Assembly (NCBI GenBank): GCA_964016885.1
Contig: OZ024742.1
Coordinates: forward strand, 324,136,001-324,200,000
DNA from: Eledone cirrhosa
Lineage: Eukaryota
Reading direction: 5' to 3'
Length of the DNA: 64,000 nucleotides
Below the pieces are notes generated by a model. That model was not told the DNA's origin, did not search any database, and saw only the letters and a program-made list of their open reading frames with translations. Below, in pieces: positions 44,881 to 58,829 of the stretch (positions within the stretch are counted from its first letter, which is position 1; the number at the start of each line of letters is the position of its first letter). The position numbers were made by a program, and so were the translations under genes.

Positions 44881-47349
44881 TTATTGTTGCTTCATTGTCT
44901 CGTTGGACAGAATATCAATGAGGGTGGTTGGAAGAGCTAGTCCAATTCGTGCGGCTGATTTTTGCGGACGGCCATCTTCATCACAATCGCAGTAAGTAAT
45001 GATATGGTTCGCGAACACAAAACTCTAGATGATTCCACAGCTTTGGGTTGGACGACGACCAGAATATAAATATAATTTCATTATGTAAAACCTAGACTTC
45101 ATTAATAATTTCCATAATAAATCAACAAAGTGGGCACTAGTCTAGTATCTAATACAAAGAACACGCTGAATGGGATAGTATAAAAAGTTATTGAAAATAA
45201 ACGTCTGTGTAAAGTTAGCTTCTGCTTGATAAACATTATCGACAGTTTTTTCGCTTACGTTTGTAAAGTGAAAGATGGAGTTGAGCTACAGAAGGTTGAG
45301 AACCACCGATTTAACCGTATTGTTACCGTATTTCTAATGTGATATACTGACTATGTTTCAATTAATTCGAAAATAATAAAAAAATTTGAGGAATTTAATA
45401 AAATATAGGTAACTTTTTCGTTAGTAAGATGATGCTTGGAACATTATTTAACAAAAATTTCTTGAAATTAAATCATGATAGAAGGTTTTAATACGAGCAT
45501 GGAAGTTTTTAAATGAGCAGTTTGGTATCATAAAATCAAAGCAGTCTCAACATCAAAAGGGTTACATAAACAATACACTCTCCATATAAGAGTCTTGACC
45601 AGTCGGACATCAAATCTTTTGTAAATTTAATTAAGTATTAAGGATTTTTTTGGTAACACTTAACTGTCAGGATGTGATAGTTGGTTGTGCGTCACGTTTA
45701 CTTAAACTTACGATTGTTTTGCCCCACGAACATCCAAATCAACATCTCCGCCACCATTACTACCACCACTACCGTCACCATCATCACCAACACTGCCGCC
45801 GACACCATCACCAGCTCTAAGTACAGCATAAACACCACCGACGCTCCCACCAATACTTCCATCGTTGCTGCCGCCACCGCCACCACCACCGCCAGCGAAG
45901 AATAACATTTTTCTCTCGTGGCATTAAAAAAAAATTTTTTTTTTAGCTGTTTAATAGTCTATTTATTCGATATGTTCTCACCTAATTACCTGTATTAACT
46001 AATATATTAGCTTTCAATAAACCGTCTCTGTCAGAAGGGGAATTTTCCATTTAGCAGTTTTCAATCATTGCAGGATGAAGCCTCGGCAACTATGGTGGTT
46101 TTAGACCAGTCTACCTATTTTGTTAAGTGGGAGTTGAACACAGCGCTGAATTTGAACATTGAACACAAAGAGCCGGAACAAATACCTCAATGCAACTCGT
46201 CTGACGCTCTAATAATTCGGCAAATCAACGGACCCTGAACTGGTACTTTATTTATCGACCGGGAGAAGATGAAAGACAAAGTTAATCTCAATGCGATTTG
46301 AAATTAGAGTGAAAAGAGTAAGAACAAATAAAAGAGTGAGACAAATACTGTAAAACCTTTAATCTGGCGATCTAACGATTTTCCAATCCTCCGCCTTAAA
46401 ATGAAATACATCAAAACAATGCGTACTGATGGAGGTTAGCATTCATTTGTCAGGCACGGGTAAATATCTTCTATCATAATATCGCAAAGTGGAATTTGGT
46501 TAATGGCTCTTACAGGACTTGGATAATGGCCAAGATTCTCAATTTCATGTCCACAGTCCATCCGGTGAACGGAAATAAAATTATAGGAAAAATGTCACAC
46601 TTGTCTAGGAAATAAGTTACTGAAAAAAAGTAACATTTTATTTAAATATAACAACAAAAGATGTAATTTATTTAAAACAACGTAAATCTATACCTAAAAA
46701 GATATGAGACTCAACCTCATCGCAAAACACCAAAAAGTTCCTGTTTAAACCTCATAATAAAATAAATTCATTCATTTATCTAAGAATCCACAGCTATGTA
46801 CAGGTCTGATCATTACTGTATTGAAACCGATTGGCGTATTATCCTTAAAAAATCAAAGCAAGAGGGTTAAGCAATCAACCTTTCAATTAAAGAAAGTCAC
46901 AGGAACATGACTAAGATTGTATATATATTTATATTTGTGTGCACGGAGGAAAGAAACAAAATTAGATAATGAAAATAAGGGGAAGTTGGAAGGGAGGGGC
47001 ATACTTTACATCCTGTATATCTCTGCTGCGCCTCGCTGACAAAACACCGAAAGCATTTCCGTGGAGAACAGTTAGCGGCACCCACTGCATCCATACTCCT
47101 CCTCACGGGCTTCCTTCCCCAGGCAGGATAAACTCCCCTCAAATTTGAGGAAGAAAATGGAAGTTTAGGGACCAAGCGGTTGGTCATGTCCCAGTATTTG
47201 GCTATCTTCCTCTCCTCCATGTTACAGACGACAATGCCCGGATTTGTGACCGAAGGGTTGGAGAATAAATTGCAGAATCTGGCGTTCTAGATTAAAGATT
47301 TACCCCTTGAACTAGAAAAAGTTGGATATTTACTATCACAACGGTCGAA

Positions 47350-47960
47350 TACTGAAGCTGGCGCATTACTATACCAGCTCCTACAATTCTTGCCCTTAAT
47401 TCAGCCTCCTGCCTTCCATCACTCGTGAGCATACTTGAACTTCTTCACCTGGTTCAGTGGAATTCCATTCACATGTAGAGTGCACTGCGTAGGTTCCTTG
47501 AGAGGACGAGTGTCTCAGTCTTCACAGCACTGATTTTCATTCCAGCCGTGCAGCACTCGGCATCAAACCTATCAAGTGCATGCCGAAGATTACCTTCTGA
47601 CGAGTCAAGTAATACCATATCGTCTGCAATTTCAGCCGATTGTTTCTAAACCTGCCAGTCGTGATACGACTTACAACCCAACTACGCATACCAATCCTGT
47701 TGATATAAATAATGAACAGGAGAAGGGACAAGTCTAACCCTTGACGGAATCTGACTCTCACATTGAATGATTTTGAATTAGCACCACTTATCCGAACACA
47801 AATTGGGCATTCGTATAGAGATATCAGGGCAACAAGAAGCTGACTGTCGATTCCATTCACCCGCAGAACCACACACAGCCGGGTTGATATGCACATCAAG
47901 GTTGGAAGTCGTTTCAAGACTGGCGTGTAGGATCAGTCGTCTGGAATTTGCAGACGACAT
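47350..47960 (-). mobile_element. Highly degenerate RTE-like LINE RT fragment
   Basis: VRFRQGLDLSLLLFIIYINRI corresponds to the RT QG..LSP.LF motif; multiple frameshifts. Confidence 0.7.
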
Positions 47961-49588
47961 ATTACTTAACACGTCATGGTATTACTTTTCGATAGAGCTG
48001 TTCTGCTAGAGAACGTGTCGCAGGTGGCGGAGCAATACGGCCACTAGATATGTTGTTTAGTTGTGATATAAGCGGGCATCTACTGGACGAATAAGAAACC
48101 CCTGGACCAACAGCAGTAAACTGCTAGGAGAGATGGAGCAATGGGTGACACCTTCAGTTCCCAAGAAAACTCTCACAACCCAGTGATGTAGCTATGGCGA
48201 GGCGATTAAGGCCGCCTAAGAAAAAAAAACCTAGTTTTCGCAGGTCTGAGAAAAGTATGAGGGTTTGCACCAGGTTGCCGCGGGAGAATGCGGCATTGCA
48301 TGTGACATCCGCCGGCTCGAGCTGGGAGGGGAAGCCTGCAGCATCCAAGCCATGCTTTATGACCTCAGTGTTCCAATTGTTCGGTCAACTGAGCAGCTAG
48401 CACTTCAAATCAACGCATAAATGGCTTGGTATTCCAGAGACACATGTACTCTTAACGTAATTCTCAGGGAGATTCAAGTGTGATACAACATATGTGACAA
48501 GGCTGGCTCTTAGAATTACAGTTTACGTTAACTCAACTTCACTCACAAGTCTTGAGTGACCCGAAGCTAGGGTAAATAACATTCGCCACGCAGTGAGACC
48601 GAACCCGGAATATCATGATTGTGAGGCGATTATCTTAATCATTCGGTCATGCTGCGTTCATACTTCTTTGAGTATGATGAAAATTACTGTAAAATGAACG
48701 CTAACACATTTAACGTAATAATGTTAATTACGTCTTAATTATGAAACAAGTGCTCAGTGAGCAGTGCGAGCCGTGAAAAGTGATTGACGGGCTTCCGCAC
48801 AGTTTTCGTCTACTAAATTTCCATTTACAAATCATTGGTCAACTCAATTCTATTGTAGAAAATACTTGCTCAAAATACCGCGCAGTAGTTACAAACTCGA
48901 AGCCCTATAGTTGCGAAGTGAACTTCTTAACCAAGTAGCAATGACTCCGCCCACGGTTGAAATAGATATGCTGATTAGAGCCAGTACGGTAGGGTTAACT
49001 TTACTATTAAACGGATAAATGGCTAATTTAGTTAAAGTGTATGACTAACATCAATGATGGCTCTCATATAGTCGCTTGATCAGTTCGAGTAGTCGATACT
49101 AATGTTGTACAATGGCAATTTATTTAAAAACTACACACATATAACATTGCTGTTTGTTGTAATTCCCGTCACGTCTGACTTTTGATTTTTTCTACCTCAT
49201 CACCCAATGCACTCAACAAATTGTAGCGGAAATAGTCTGTGTGTTGTCGTTCTGATATGATAGTTAACATTACTGAATTATCAGCGGGGAAGTTAGGAGG
49301 AGGTTGATAAAACGCCAAATTTGAACAGTTCGCCTTAGATTATATGAGTAACAAATAGCTTGACTAGTGGTGATAGTCAAAGGATGGTGGGGAAGGGTGG
49401 ATAGGAGTTAATAGTAGGAAGAATCAAACAATTTAACATCTATAGTCACTTAGTGTCTCTCATATAATGATCATTTAACATCACAACTCATTTATTTGTA
49501 GGAATTATACGTAGAAAATATTGGTGATCTCTCAGAAAGATGACTTTTCTGTTTTCATTTATGCCTATTGCGATAAAAGAAATATATA

Positions 49589-50394
49589 CAATGTACCCCC
49601 GGCATTTGCGGTCCCAGCATTCGCGATCCCAGTTATTCGCGGAAATTTCCTTAGAACCTAACTAATAATTGTTCATGCAAACCACTGCATATTCGCGAAA
49701 TCGTAAATATCTTCCGCAATTTTTTAAATGGCATTTTTCGTGGCAATATATAATTTTTTAACGCTAAATTATTAATAACAATATACCGTATTTGCCGGCC
49801 TATTGGACGCCCCTTTTAAAATTATATTTCACGTTATGTTTTGACGTTTATAGGCATTTTTAGGGACCATGCCCAATATTCGCAGTTTTTCACTATTCGC
49901 GGGTTGTCTCCCGGTATTTGCGGGGGCTACGTTCCTAGAGCACCTGCGAAGAGTGAAAGACCGCAAATATTGGACCTGGTCCATAAAAATACCTATAAAT
50001 ATAACGTAAAATATAATAAAAAACTCATTTATTTGTAGGAATTATACGTAGAATATATTGGTGATCTCTCAGAAAGATGATTTTTCTGTTTTCATTTATG
50101 TCTATTGCGATAAAAGAAATATATACAATGTACCCCGGCATTTGCCGTCCCAATTGGACGCCCCTTATGCGAAGGGGCTCCCAATTGACCGGCAAATACT
50201 GTATATTGTTATTAATAATTTAGTTTAAAAAAATATATTGTCACGAAAAAAGCCATAAAAAATCGCGGAAGATATTTATGATTCCGCGAATATGCGGTGG
50301 TTTCCACGAACAATTATTAGTTAGGCTCTTAGGAAAATCTCGCGAATAACCGGGACCGTGAATGTCAGGACTGCGAATGCCGGGACACACACTG
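49589..50394. mobile_element. Rearranged Tc1/mariner (pogo/Tigger-like) MITE with ~210-bp inverted arms
   Basis: TA-CAATGTACCCCCGGCATTTGCG at the left and GCGAATGCCGGGACACACACTG-TA at the right; arms 49589-49800 and 50188-50394. Confidence 0.7.
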
Positions 50395-50443
<49 letters not shown>

Positions 50444-50583
50444 TCAACCAAATGACACAGTACTACTAATGTAGAAGTCATTTCTATTTTACATAAATTT
50501 TGCATCTTTTTACTTGATGTACTGAGTACCTTATTTAACTGTCGTCTCCTACTGTTTCGACGGAAAATCATTATGTATACACA

Positions 50584-50657
<74 letters not shown>

Positions 50658-51760
50658 GAAAGGATGAATATAAAATGAAAGTGCTTTTTTTAAAAAGGAA
50701 TTTATTAGGTATTGACATATGTTTCTGTAACAGACGCAATACCTATGTATCGCTGCTTGCGTAATCATATAATGTTAGCAAGTATTCGATAGCAAATGTA
50801 TAATCAGTTGTCACTTCTTCAGAGATTTTGGATAAATTGGATAAAATCAGAAAAATTGAAGTATTTATATTAGTAATAGAGGAAGAAAAAGAGGGGATAG
50901 TATATGACATATGGTAAATTAATTTACTGCTAAACAAGTATATAATGGGTTTCTAATGAGAATACCATGAGTAAATCTAAATAATATATATATATATATA
51001 TATACATGTATGTATGAATGTATTATATATGTATGTGTGTATGCATGCTTGCGTGCATACATGTATGTATGTAAAGTCACTCTCGAGTGCTACTGGTAAC
51101 ATGTAACCCGTACAACCTGTCTCATGGTCGGGTCGTTGGCGACTAAACCGGCAAACCCACCAAGCTAGCTTAGTGAGGAGGGTGATATTTAGACACCCTG
51201 CGGGATGAAATACAAGACCCGGCAAAAGGCGGAGGAACTCAGCAGAGTCAACGGTCATCCAAATAGTACTTTTTTATTTATTTTACCTTGGAGTGAAAGG
51301 CCCGCAGTTGTTGTCACAACACCTTTCTAAGAGAGGGAAACTGAAAAAAAAAACAAAAAATCTGCGGCTTCGGAAGTATCCGATGGTGTTGACCAGTTCT
51401 ACTTTTTGGGTAGTATTTTCGATGCTCAGAGAGTGGGATTGGTCGAGTACAAGGCCTTTCCCCACTTAAAAAACATTCAAAGCACAGGCATTGCTTGTTC
51501 AGGTTATGTTACAGGTTCGTGTGGCTGGCTGTAGCCTAAAAGTGCACAATTTTCTGTAATCTGAGAAGCGATTGCAATACTCTTAGCAGAGTTTGCAGTC
51601 ATGTATGTATGTATGTATGTATGTATGTATGTATGTATGTACTGGCAACCCCACCAAGGTTTCTTGGTGAGGAGGGTGACTTTGGACATCCTGCAGGACT
51701 AAAAACAAAACCTGTCAAAGGGCAAAGGAGCTCTTAAGAGTCAATGGCCATCCAAAATCA

Positions 51761-52692
51761 CCGGGAGAGATGACCCCTTAGCCTTTGTCAAGGCAGAATT
51801 CTAGGAGAAGGAAAACTCTGATATAACACCTGCAACTCTGATGGTATCCAATGATGTTGACTTGTTCTTCTTTTTGGTAAATATCATCTTGGTTAAGAGA
51901 GTGGGACTGGCTTTGTGCAGTGCCTTTGCTCACTATAAAAGCTTCACGGCACAGGCATTGCTTTATATCTGGAGATCTCTCTGCACTTGTCGTCACATGG
52001 TACCATGGGCCCAGCACTATGTGTCAATAGTTGTCACAAGTGTAGTGTTTGTACCAGAGTTTTCAAGTCGCTGGCTGGACTAAAAAGTCACACTCGTTCA
52101 GCGCATTGGTAGGGGTTCTCCTACATGGATATAAAGTAGTGGCCGTACTCGAAAACGAGTTGGCAGCCACCATGTATGTATGTATGTATGTATGTATGTA
52201 TGTATGTATCCGGGAGAGATGACCCCTTAGCCTTTGTCAAGGCAGAATTCTAGAAGGGAAACTCTGATATAACACCTGCAACTCTGATGGTATCCAATGA
52301 TGTTGACTTGTTCTTCTTTTTGGTAAATATCATCTTGGTTAAGAGAGTGGGACTGGCTTTGTGCAGTGCCTTTGCTCACTATAAAAGCTTCACGGCACAT
52401 GCATTGCTTTATATCTGGAGATCTCTCTGCACTTGTCGTCACATGGTACCATGGGCCCAGCACTATGTGTCAATAATTATCACAAGTGTAGTGTTTGTAC
52501 CAGAGTTTTCAAATCGCTGGCTGGACTAAAAAGTCACACTTGTTCAGCTCATCGGTAGGGGTTCTCCTACATGGATATAAAGTAGTGGCCGTACTCGAAA
52601 ACGAGTTGGCAGCCACCATGTATGTATGTATGTATGTATGTATGTATGTATGTATGTATGTATGTATGTATGTATGTATGTATGTATGTATG
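51761..52692. repeat. ~450-bp direct tandem duplication, each unit ending in (ATGT)n
   Basis: 51761-52209 vs 52210-~52692; the duplicated spurious ORFs 51778/52227 and 51841/52287 are nearly identical. Confidence 0.92.
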
Positions 52693-53529
52693 CATGTATG
52701 CATGGATATGTGTGTGTGTGTGTGTGTATGTGTGTGTGTGTGTGTGTGTGTGTCAAATAGGCGGCTTTTTTCCCGGTCAAAATACAATTTTCACGAGAAC
52801 TTTTAATGAAGGAAGATGTCTATAATCTCTACTGAATTTAACAGGAAAGGTGGTTAATTCCAACGTTACCATATAAAAGGTTTAATTAATTTGTCTGTTT
52901 TCAAGTTTTAGACTATAATCTGAAATGATCGCTTAATTACTCAATGTCGCTTGGGGTATCATTAATTCCAGTCGCTTACGACGTTGAACATTTGCTGTAT
53001 TAATATTTTTTTAATTATTATTTTGCTTCAATTTAATTTAATCGATTTAAAAAAAAATCGTGTTCGATGGTGAAGTGCTTTTGTGATTATTGGTGAAATA
53101 TAGTTTTAATCCTAACCTGCCTTTTCGCTGTAAATTAAGACGGAAAGTAAAAAAAAAAAAAGTAAAAAAAAAACAAAAAAAAAAAACGATGAATCCATGT
53201 TAAGAAGGAAAAGAACATTCTTTTAATGCAGTGATTGGCCAAAATGATGAATGAAATGGAATGGAGTAAGTTTTCGTCGGTTTCGACGATGATTATTCCA
53301 GTTGTTAGATCAATTGCGACATCCACCTCTTGAAATTAATGTACAAATGGCTGAGGTTTTTAAAGACACACGCATCCACAATCTAATTTTCAGGGAGATT
53401 CTGCGTGATACGGTGTGTAACAAGGCTAGCCCTTTGAATTACAAACAGTTTCCTTTTATCTGATTTCAGTCACAAGGTTTGGGTAGACCCAAGGCTGAAG
53501 ATGCTATGCAGTGGGACCGAACTTGGGAT

Positions 53530-53745
53530 TTTATGCTAACTTGGACTCGACAATCTCCCTAAATCTCTTTGCTAGACACTTAGCATAGACTTTACTGGAG
53601 AGGCTTAACAAGGAGACCCCTCTATAGTTAGAGCAATCTATCTTGTCTCCCTTTTTGGAAATTGGGATTATCAGTCCCGATTGCCACTGCTTTGGTGCCT
53701 TTGCAGAGACTAAAGCCACTCATGAGTCAGCCAGATAATAGCTGG
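53530..53745 (-). mobile_element. RTE-like LINE RT fragment
   Basis: APKQWQSGLIIPISKKGDKIDCSNYRGVSLLS. Confidence 0.8.
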
Positions 53746-54603
53746 AGTCAATCTTTCAGTCTAAGCTTCAAGAGACATCCTCCTACCCAATGGAATCCAG
53801 TCATTAACACATTCTGACAGCTGGGGCCTTGTGAGTATCCCCACTCCGGCTTGTGCAGTCAATTCTGGCACCACACCTGAATAGTGGAGTTTCCATCATC
53901 CATCCAAATCCACAGTACCAGTGCCACGTAACTTTACTGAGTCAACACCGACTAGATCTAACCGGTAGCATCTGGCCTTCTCTACTAATTCCTATTTCTT
54001 ACCTGTAAGGGTTGTAACCTTCAAGTTGCCAATTGTTAACGTTTACTCTCTTCTGGGCCCTGTTTGGTGTATCAATATTCGCAACCTTTGTGCGTCCGTC
54101 CCACACCTCCCAGGACAGGTCACAGGCCCATCGTCAGTTCTGTAGCATTGTATGGAGGCTGTAATATATTTTTCGAACCGGCTTCACTACCTAAAGCCTC
54201 AACGCGTCTCTTGTTACCCCGCACGAAGGATGATGCAGTATGTATGCTTGAAATATTTAACAAAATATAATTGACTCAAATTAGGCTATGTATTGTTATA
54301 ATCTTTTTTAAAGAAACCCTAATCAAAAAACCGTAAGGGACTGATTGATACAATATTTGGCACGAATACTTAACAATATAGGTTCAAAAGAAAAAAATGA
54401 CAAAATTTTCGTTGAATCTAATTATATATATTTAATCTCTTTTGATTGATTTAAATGACATTCTCATAGGAATATACATACGTATGTATGTATGTATGTA
54501 TGTATGTATGTATGTATGTATGTATGTATGTATGTATGTATGTATGTATGTATGTATGTGTGTGTGTAAGTATGTATGTATATAAATAAATAAATATATA
54601 TAT

Positions 54604-54681
<78 letters not shown>

Positions 54682-55479
54682 GTACATATATATATATATA
54701 TAAAGCCTAATTAAATAAGTGAGACGACAGTTACTTCAAAGCTGCGTGGAACAAAATGGGTGAAGTAGACTTTCGTTCTGCTGAAATAAACAGTCACATC
54801 AAAACGGAAAATGTTTATTTAACAAGTTTATTTTTCAACAATTGAGACCCCCCATCGCCCTCAGTTAATTTGGTTATTTAAAGGAATCAATAATTAAAAA
54901 AAACGTGGATAGAAAAAATAAACGTAGATAGAAACGTATTTGTACTCGAACTAAATATCTTTCAAACAAAAAAGCCAGCTTTATATTTACAACGCAGTTC
55001 ACCTGTATCTGTCTCGAATACTAACTTTAACATATTTCTAAAGGTTGTTTGTCTTTTCTTTAACCTGTTTGACTTTTTCAGAGGCTATTGACACAGTATG
55101 ATCGAATGGTTAAGAGGTTCACCTGACAATTATGAGGTTAGGGGATTGATTCTACAGTGAAGTATTTTGGGTAAATGTCTTTTGCATATAATAGTTATTT
55201 CTACTTTAGGCACAAGGCCAGCAATTAACCCAGTACATTACTGGTGCTTTATTTTATCGACCCCGTAAGGATGAAAGGCAAAGCTAACCTCGGCGGGATT
55301 TGAACTCAGAACGTAAAGGGCTGTAACTATGCTGCAAATCATGGTGTCTGACGCTCTATCGATGCTGCCAATCCAATATAATAATTGTTTCTACTTTTGG
55401 CACAAGGCCAGCAATTACCCAGTACATTACTGGTGGTTTCTGATTTAGGCACAAGGCCAACAATTTTGCGAAGCGATCC

Positions 55480-56480
55480 AGCGCTACTCTGGCACCAATA
55501 ACAATCATTACTTATGAAGCCATCTAAGCGATCTATGGTCCATCGTCCAAGCACAACGTACCTGTTGGCAGTACTGACAGAAACGTTCTTATGAAGGATT
55601 CTGACCAAATCCTCTCTCGATGGGCACAATATTTCAAAGATCTCAACTACTGCCACCATGAGGTTGATCCGGCTGCACAGAAACAGTTTCCCAGCTTTCC
55701 CATCATCGAAGAACTCGATGATCAATTTCCTTTAAGGAGGTCTTCTTGGCGATCCGATCTCTCCCCAACAGGAAGTCACCTGGGTCAAACGGGATCCCTT
55801 ATGAAATCTACAAGTATCGCACTGCACAACCATCTACGCGGGCTGTGTAAGGCCACCTGGGACACCGGCCTCCTTCCTTAGAAGGATCATCCAAGAGAAA
55901 GGATGATCCTTCTATCTGCGGAAATAGTCGTGGGATTACCCTTCTGGGGGTAAAGCTATTGTTCTGGGGGGTAAAGCTATTGTTCTGGGGGTAAAGCTAT
56001 TGAAAGCTATTGTTGTCATTGGCACCCGATAATCAAACCCATTTGATGTCAGTGTTGGCGTGAAGAAAGGCTGCGTACTTACTCCGGTTCTTTTCAACCG
56101 CTTTGTCACGGCCGTTACTCTCGTCACACGGGGTGAACTCTGTCCTGACAATCGAATCACGATGGAAGTGATGGAAGTGTTTTCAATCAACGATGACTCA
56201 AATCCCAATCGAAGTCTCAGACTGCCATGATCTTTCAGTACCAGTACGCCAATGACTGCAGCCGGCCAACTACGATCAAGAATCGATGCAGCATATCCTG
56301 AATGTCACAACGAACGTTTAACAAGGACTCTGTCTGGAAGTTAACACTAATAAAACAGAAGTAATGTATGAAAACGGTCTCCGTCCACCGCTTCAGGTTC
56401 CTTTTCTTCGCATTAGCAGTAACACTCTCAACATTGTGTCACGTTTCAACTAACTCAGGTTGAAACTGTCTAACAACTGG
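55480..56480 (+). mobile_element. Degenerate RTE(BovB)-like LINE fragment
   Basis: ILSRWAQYFKDLN, KGDPSICGNSRGITL, GVKKGCVLTPVLFN, YAND remnants. Confidence 0.75.
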
Positions 56481-56594
56481 TCTGAATTTATAGGTTTAGT
56501 TATTAAGTTAAATGTACATTTAAAACCACCTCTCTTGTTTATAAAATCGACACACCGATTGATACCTTATCAATAACACTTTAAGGAATATCCT

Positions 56595-56645
56595 GGTTAT
56601 CTTCTGATGATAAGATAATAATCTCTGAAACGCTTAAGCATAATC
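56595..56645 (+). ncRNA. Minimal type I hammerhead motif with weakened stem II, in an element ending at (TA)n 56762
   Basis: GGUUAUcUU-CUGAUGA-ua AGAU aaua AUCU cu-GAAA-cgcu-UA-AGcAUAAUC; core intact, 9-bp stem I with one mismatch. Confidence 0.6.
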
Positions 56646-56756
56646 TCGTAAGTTTTTCTGTGTAAAAGTGACGCGATGGAAAGTGTATCTGCACTTTCCT
56701 TTGTAACAGCGAGGCTTCAAATTAATGAAACACTGTTGTTATATCTATGTTAAACC

Positions 56757-57570
<814 letters not shown>

Positions 57571-58328
57571 ACACATCTCACACATACAGATACATATTCT
57601 TATTCTTATTGCGCAAGAATCTTTAAGCCTCTAGCACCGAACATGAATCCACATTCTGCTTATTGTTATTATTCTAGTTTGTGGAAATGTATCCCCGTAG
57701 ATGATATGATAAATAGTCTGTTGTTTGTGCTTGTGTGAGCATATAACATCATTATTTGTGAATCAGCTTCATTGAACATTTCCTTGTGAATATTATATTA
57801 CATAGTTATAACAAATGTATACAAAGTTACATAACCTGAAGAGTAATGTAGAGAAATCTAACGATGAAATGCCGGCAACAACTTATATATAGAGAGCATG
57901 ATCTGACAGTATGCTGAATGTGCCTGGCGTTATAATAAATCTCTTCAGTATACTTCGGTATACTTGCTGATGCACTGAAATATATGACACCATTGCAATA
58001 ATAAATACAACCAACTTACACTCTGTTCTTTTCCAGAAAGAAAGTGAGGAAAGAATAACTCAGGAAAGTCAAAAACCTACGCACGAAAAAAAATTAAAAA
58101 GATTGTAGTACAGTATCAACGGCATTAAAAAACACATTTATGGAGCTAAAGAATTTTATAATCTCTCCCAATATTCATGTAGCAATAATTCAAGAAATAT
58201 TCTTTCTACCAGAACACAGAACACCCACCAATATAAATCATGTAGACATCAGACTAAATGACTAAATAGATTCTTTCATTATAGATAGATGTTGTCAGAA
58301 TTTCTCAATCATACGATCATTAATAATA

Positions 58329-58409
<81 letters not shown>

Positions 58410-58574
58410 TGGTTAATGCCTTCTTGACTGCCATTTCAGTTTGTATGGCGTTTATAACATATGTTTATAGCTCTGGTTTTTTAAACTATGGAGCGCTTGC
58501 CAGTATGACTCTGATTTGCGTTACGTTTCGCTTTTTCTACCCACCGAAATGCGATTCTCGCTGAATTCATATTT

Positions 58575-58800
58575 GTATATAAAACAAGATGGTGTAGGAC
58601 AGAACAAAGGAGAGACACAAAATAAAAACCTAGTCAATGAGGAGGTCACAGAATGTGTGAGAGCTTTGACAATATATAAACAGCCTTCCAGTTATCGAAC
58701 CAACCAGCCAACCGGAAATATATAACAAATTGAAGTGAAAACCAACAGGTGCGTGTGTTTTTATTGGCAACATGACCCTCCCAAAGTATAACAATATATA
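58575..58800 (+). mobile_element. Second, more decayed copy of the Penelope-like pLTR
   Basis: Matches 33205-33472, including the end ttattggcaacatgaccctcccaaagtataacaat(at)n; ribozyme core decayed (aatgaggaggtcaca...gtgtgagagc). Confidence 0.85.
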
Positions 58801-58829
58801 TATATATATACACATACATACATACAAAT

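Noticed and set aside
44297-45308. Possible hAT element ends (tagtggttcttaaac ... ggttgagaaccaccg)
   Set aside because: TIRs are imperfect and the 8-bp flanks do not match, so it cannot be supported as one element
45681-45908. Thr/Ala-rich (+) and Gly-rich (-) ORFs
   Set aside because: Degenerate (ACC)n repeat without convincing splice sites or recognisable protein similarity
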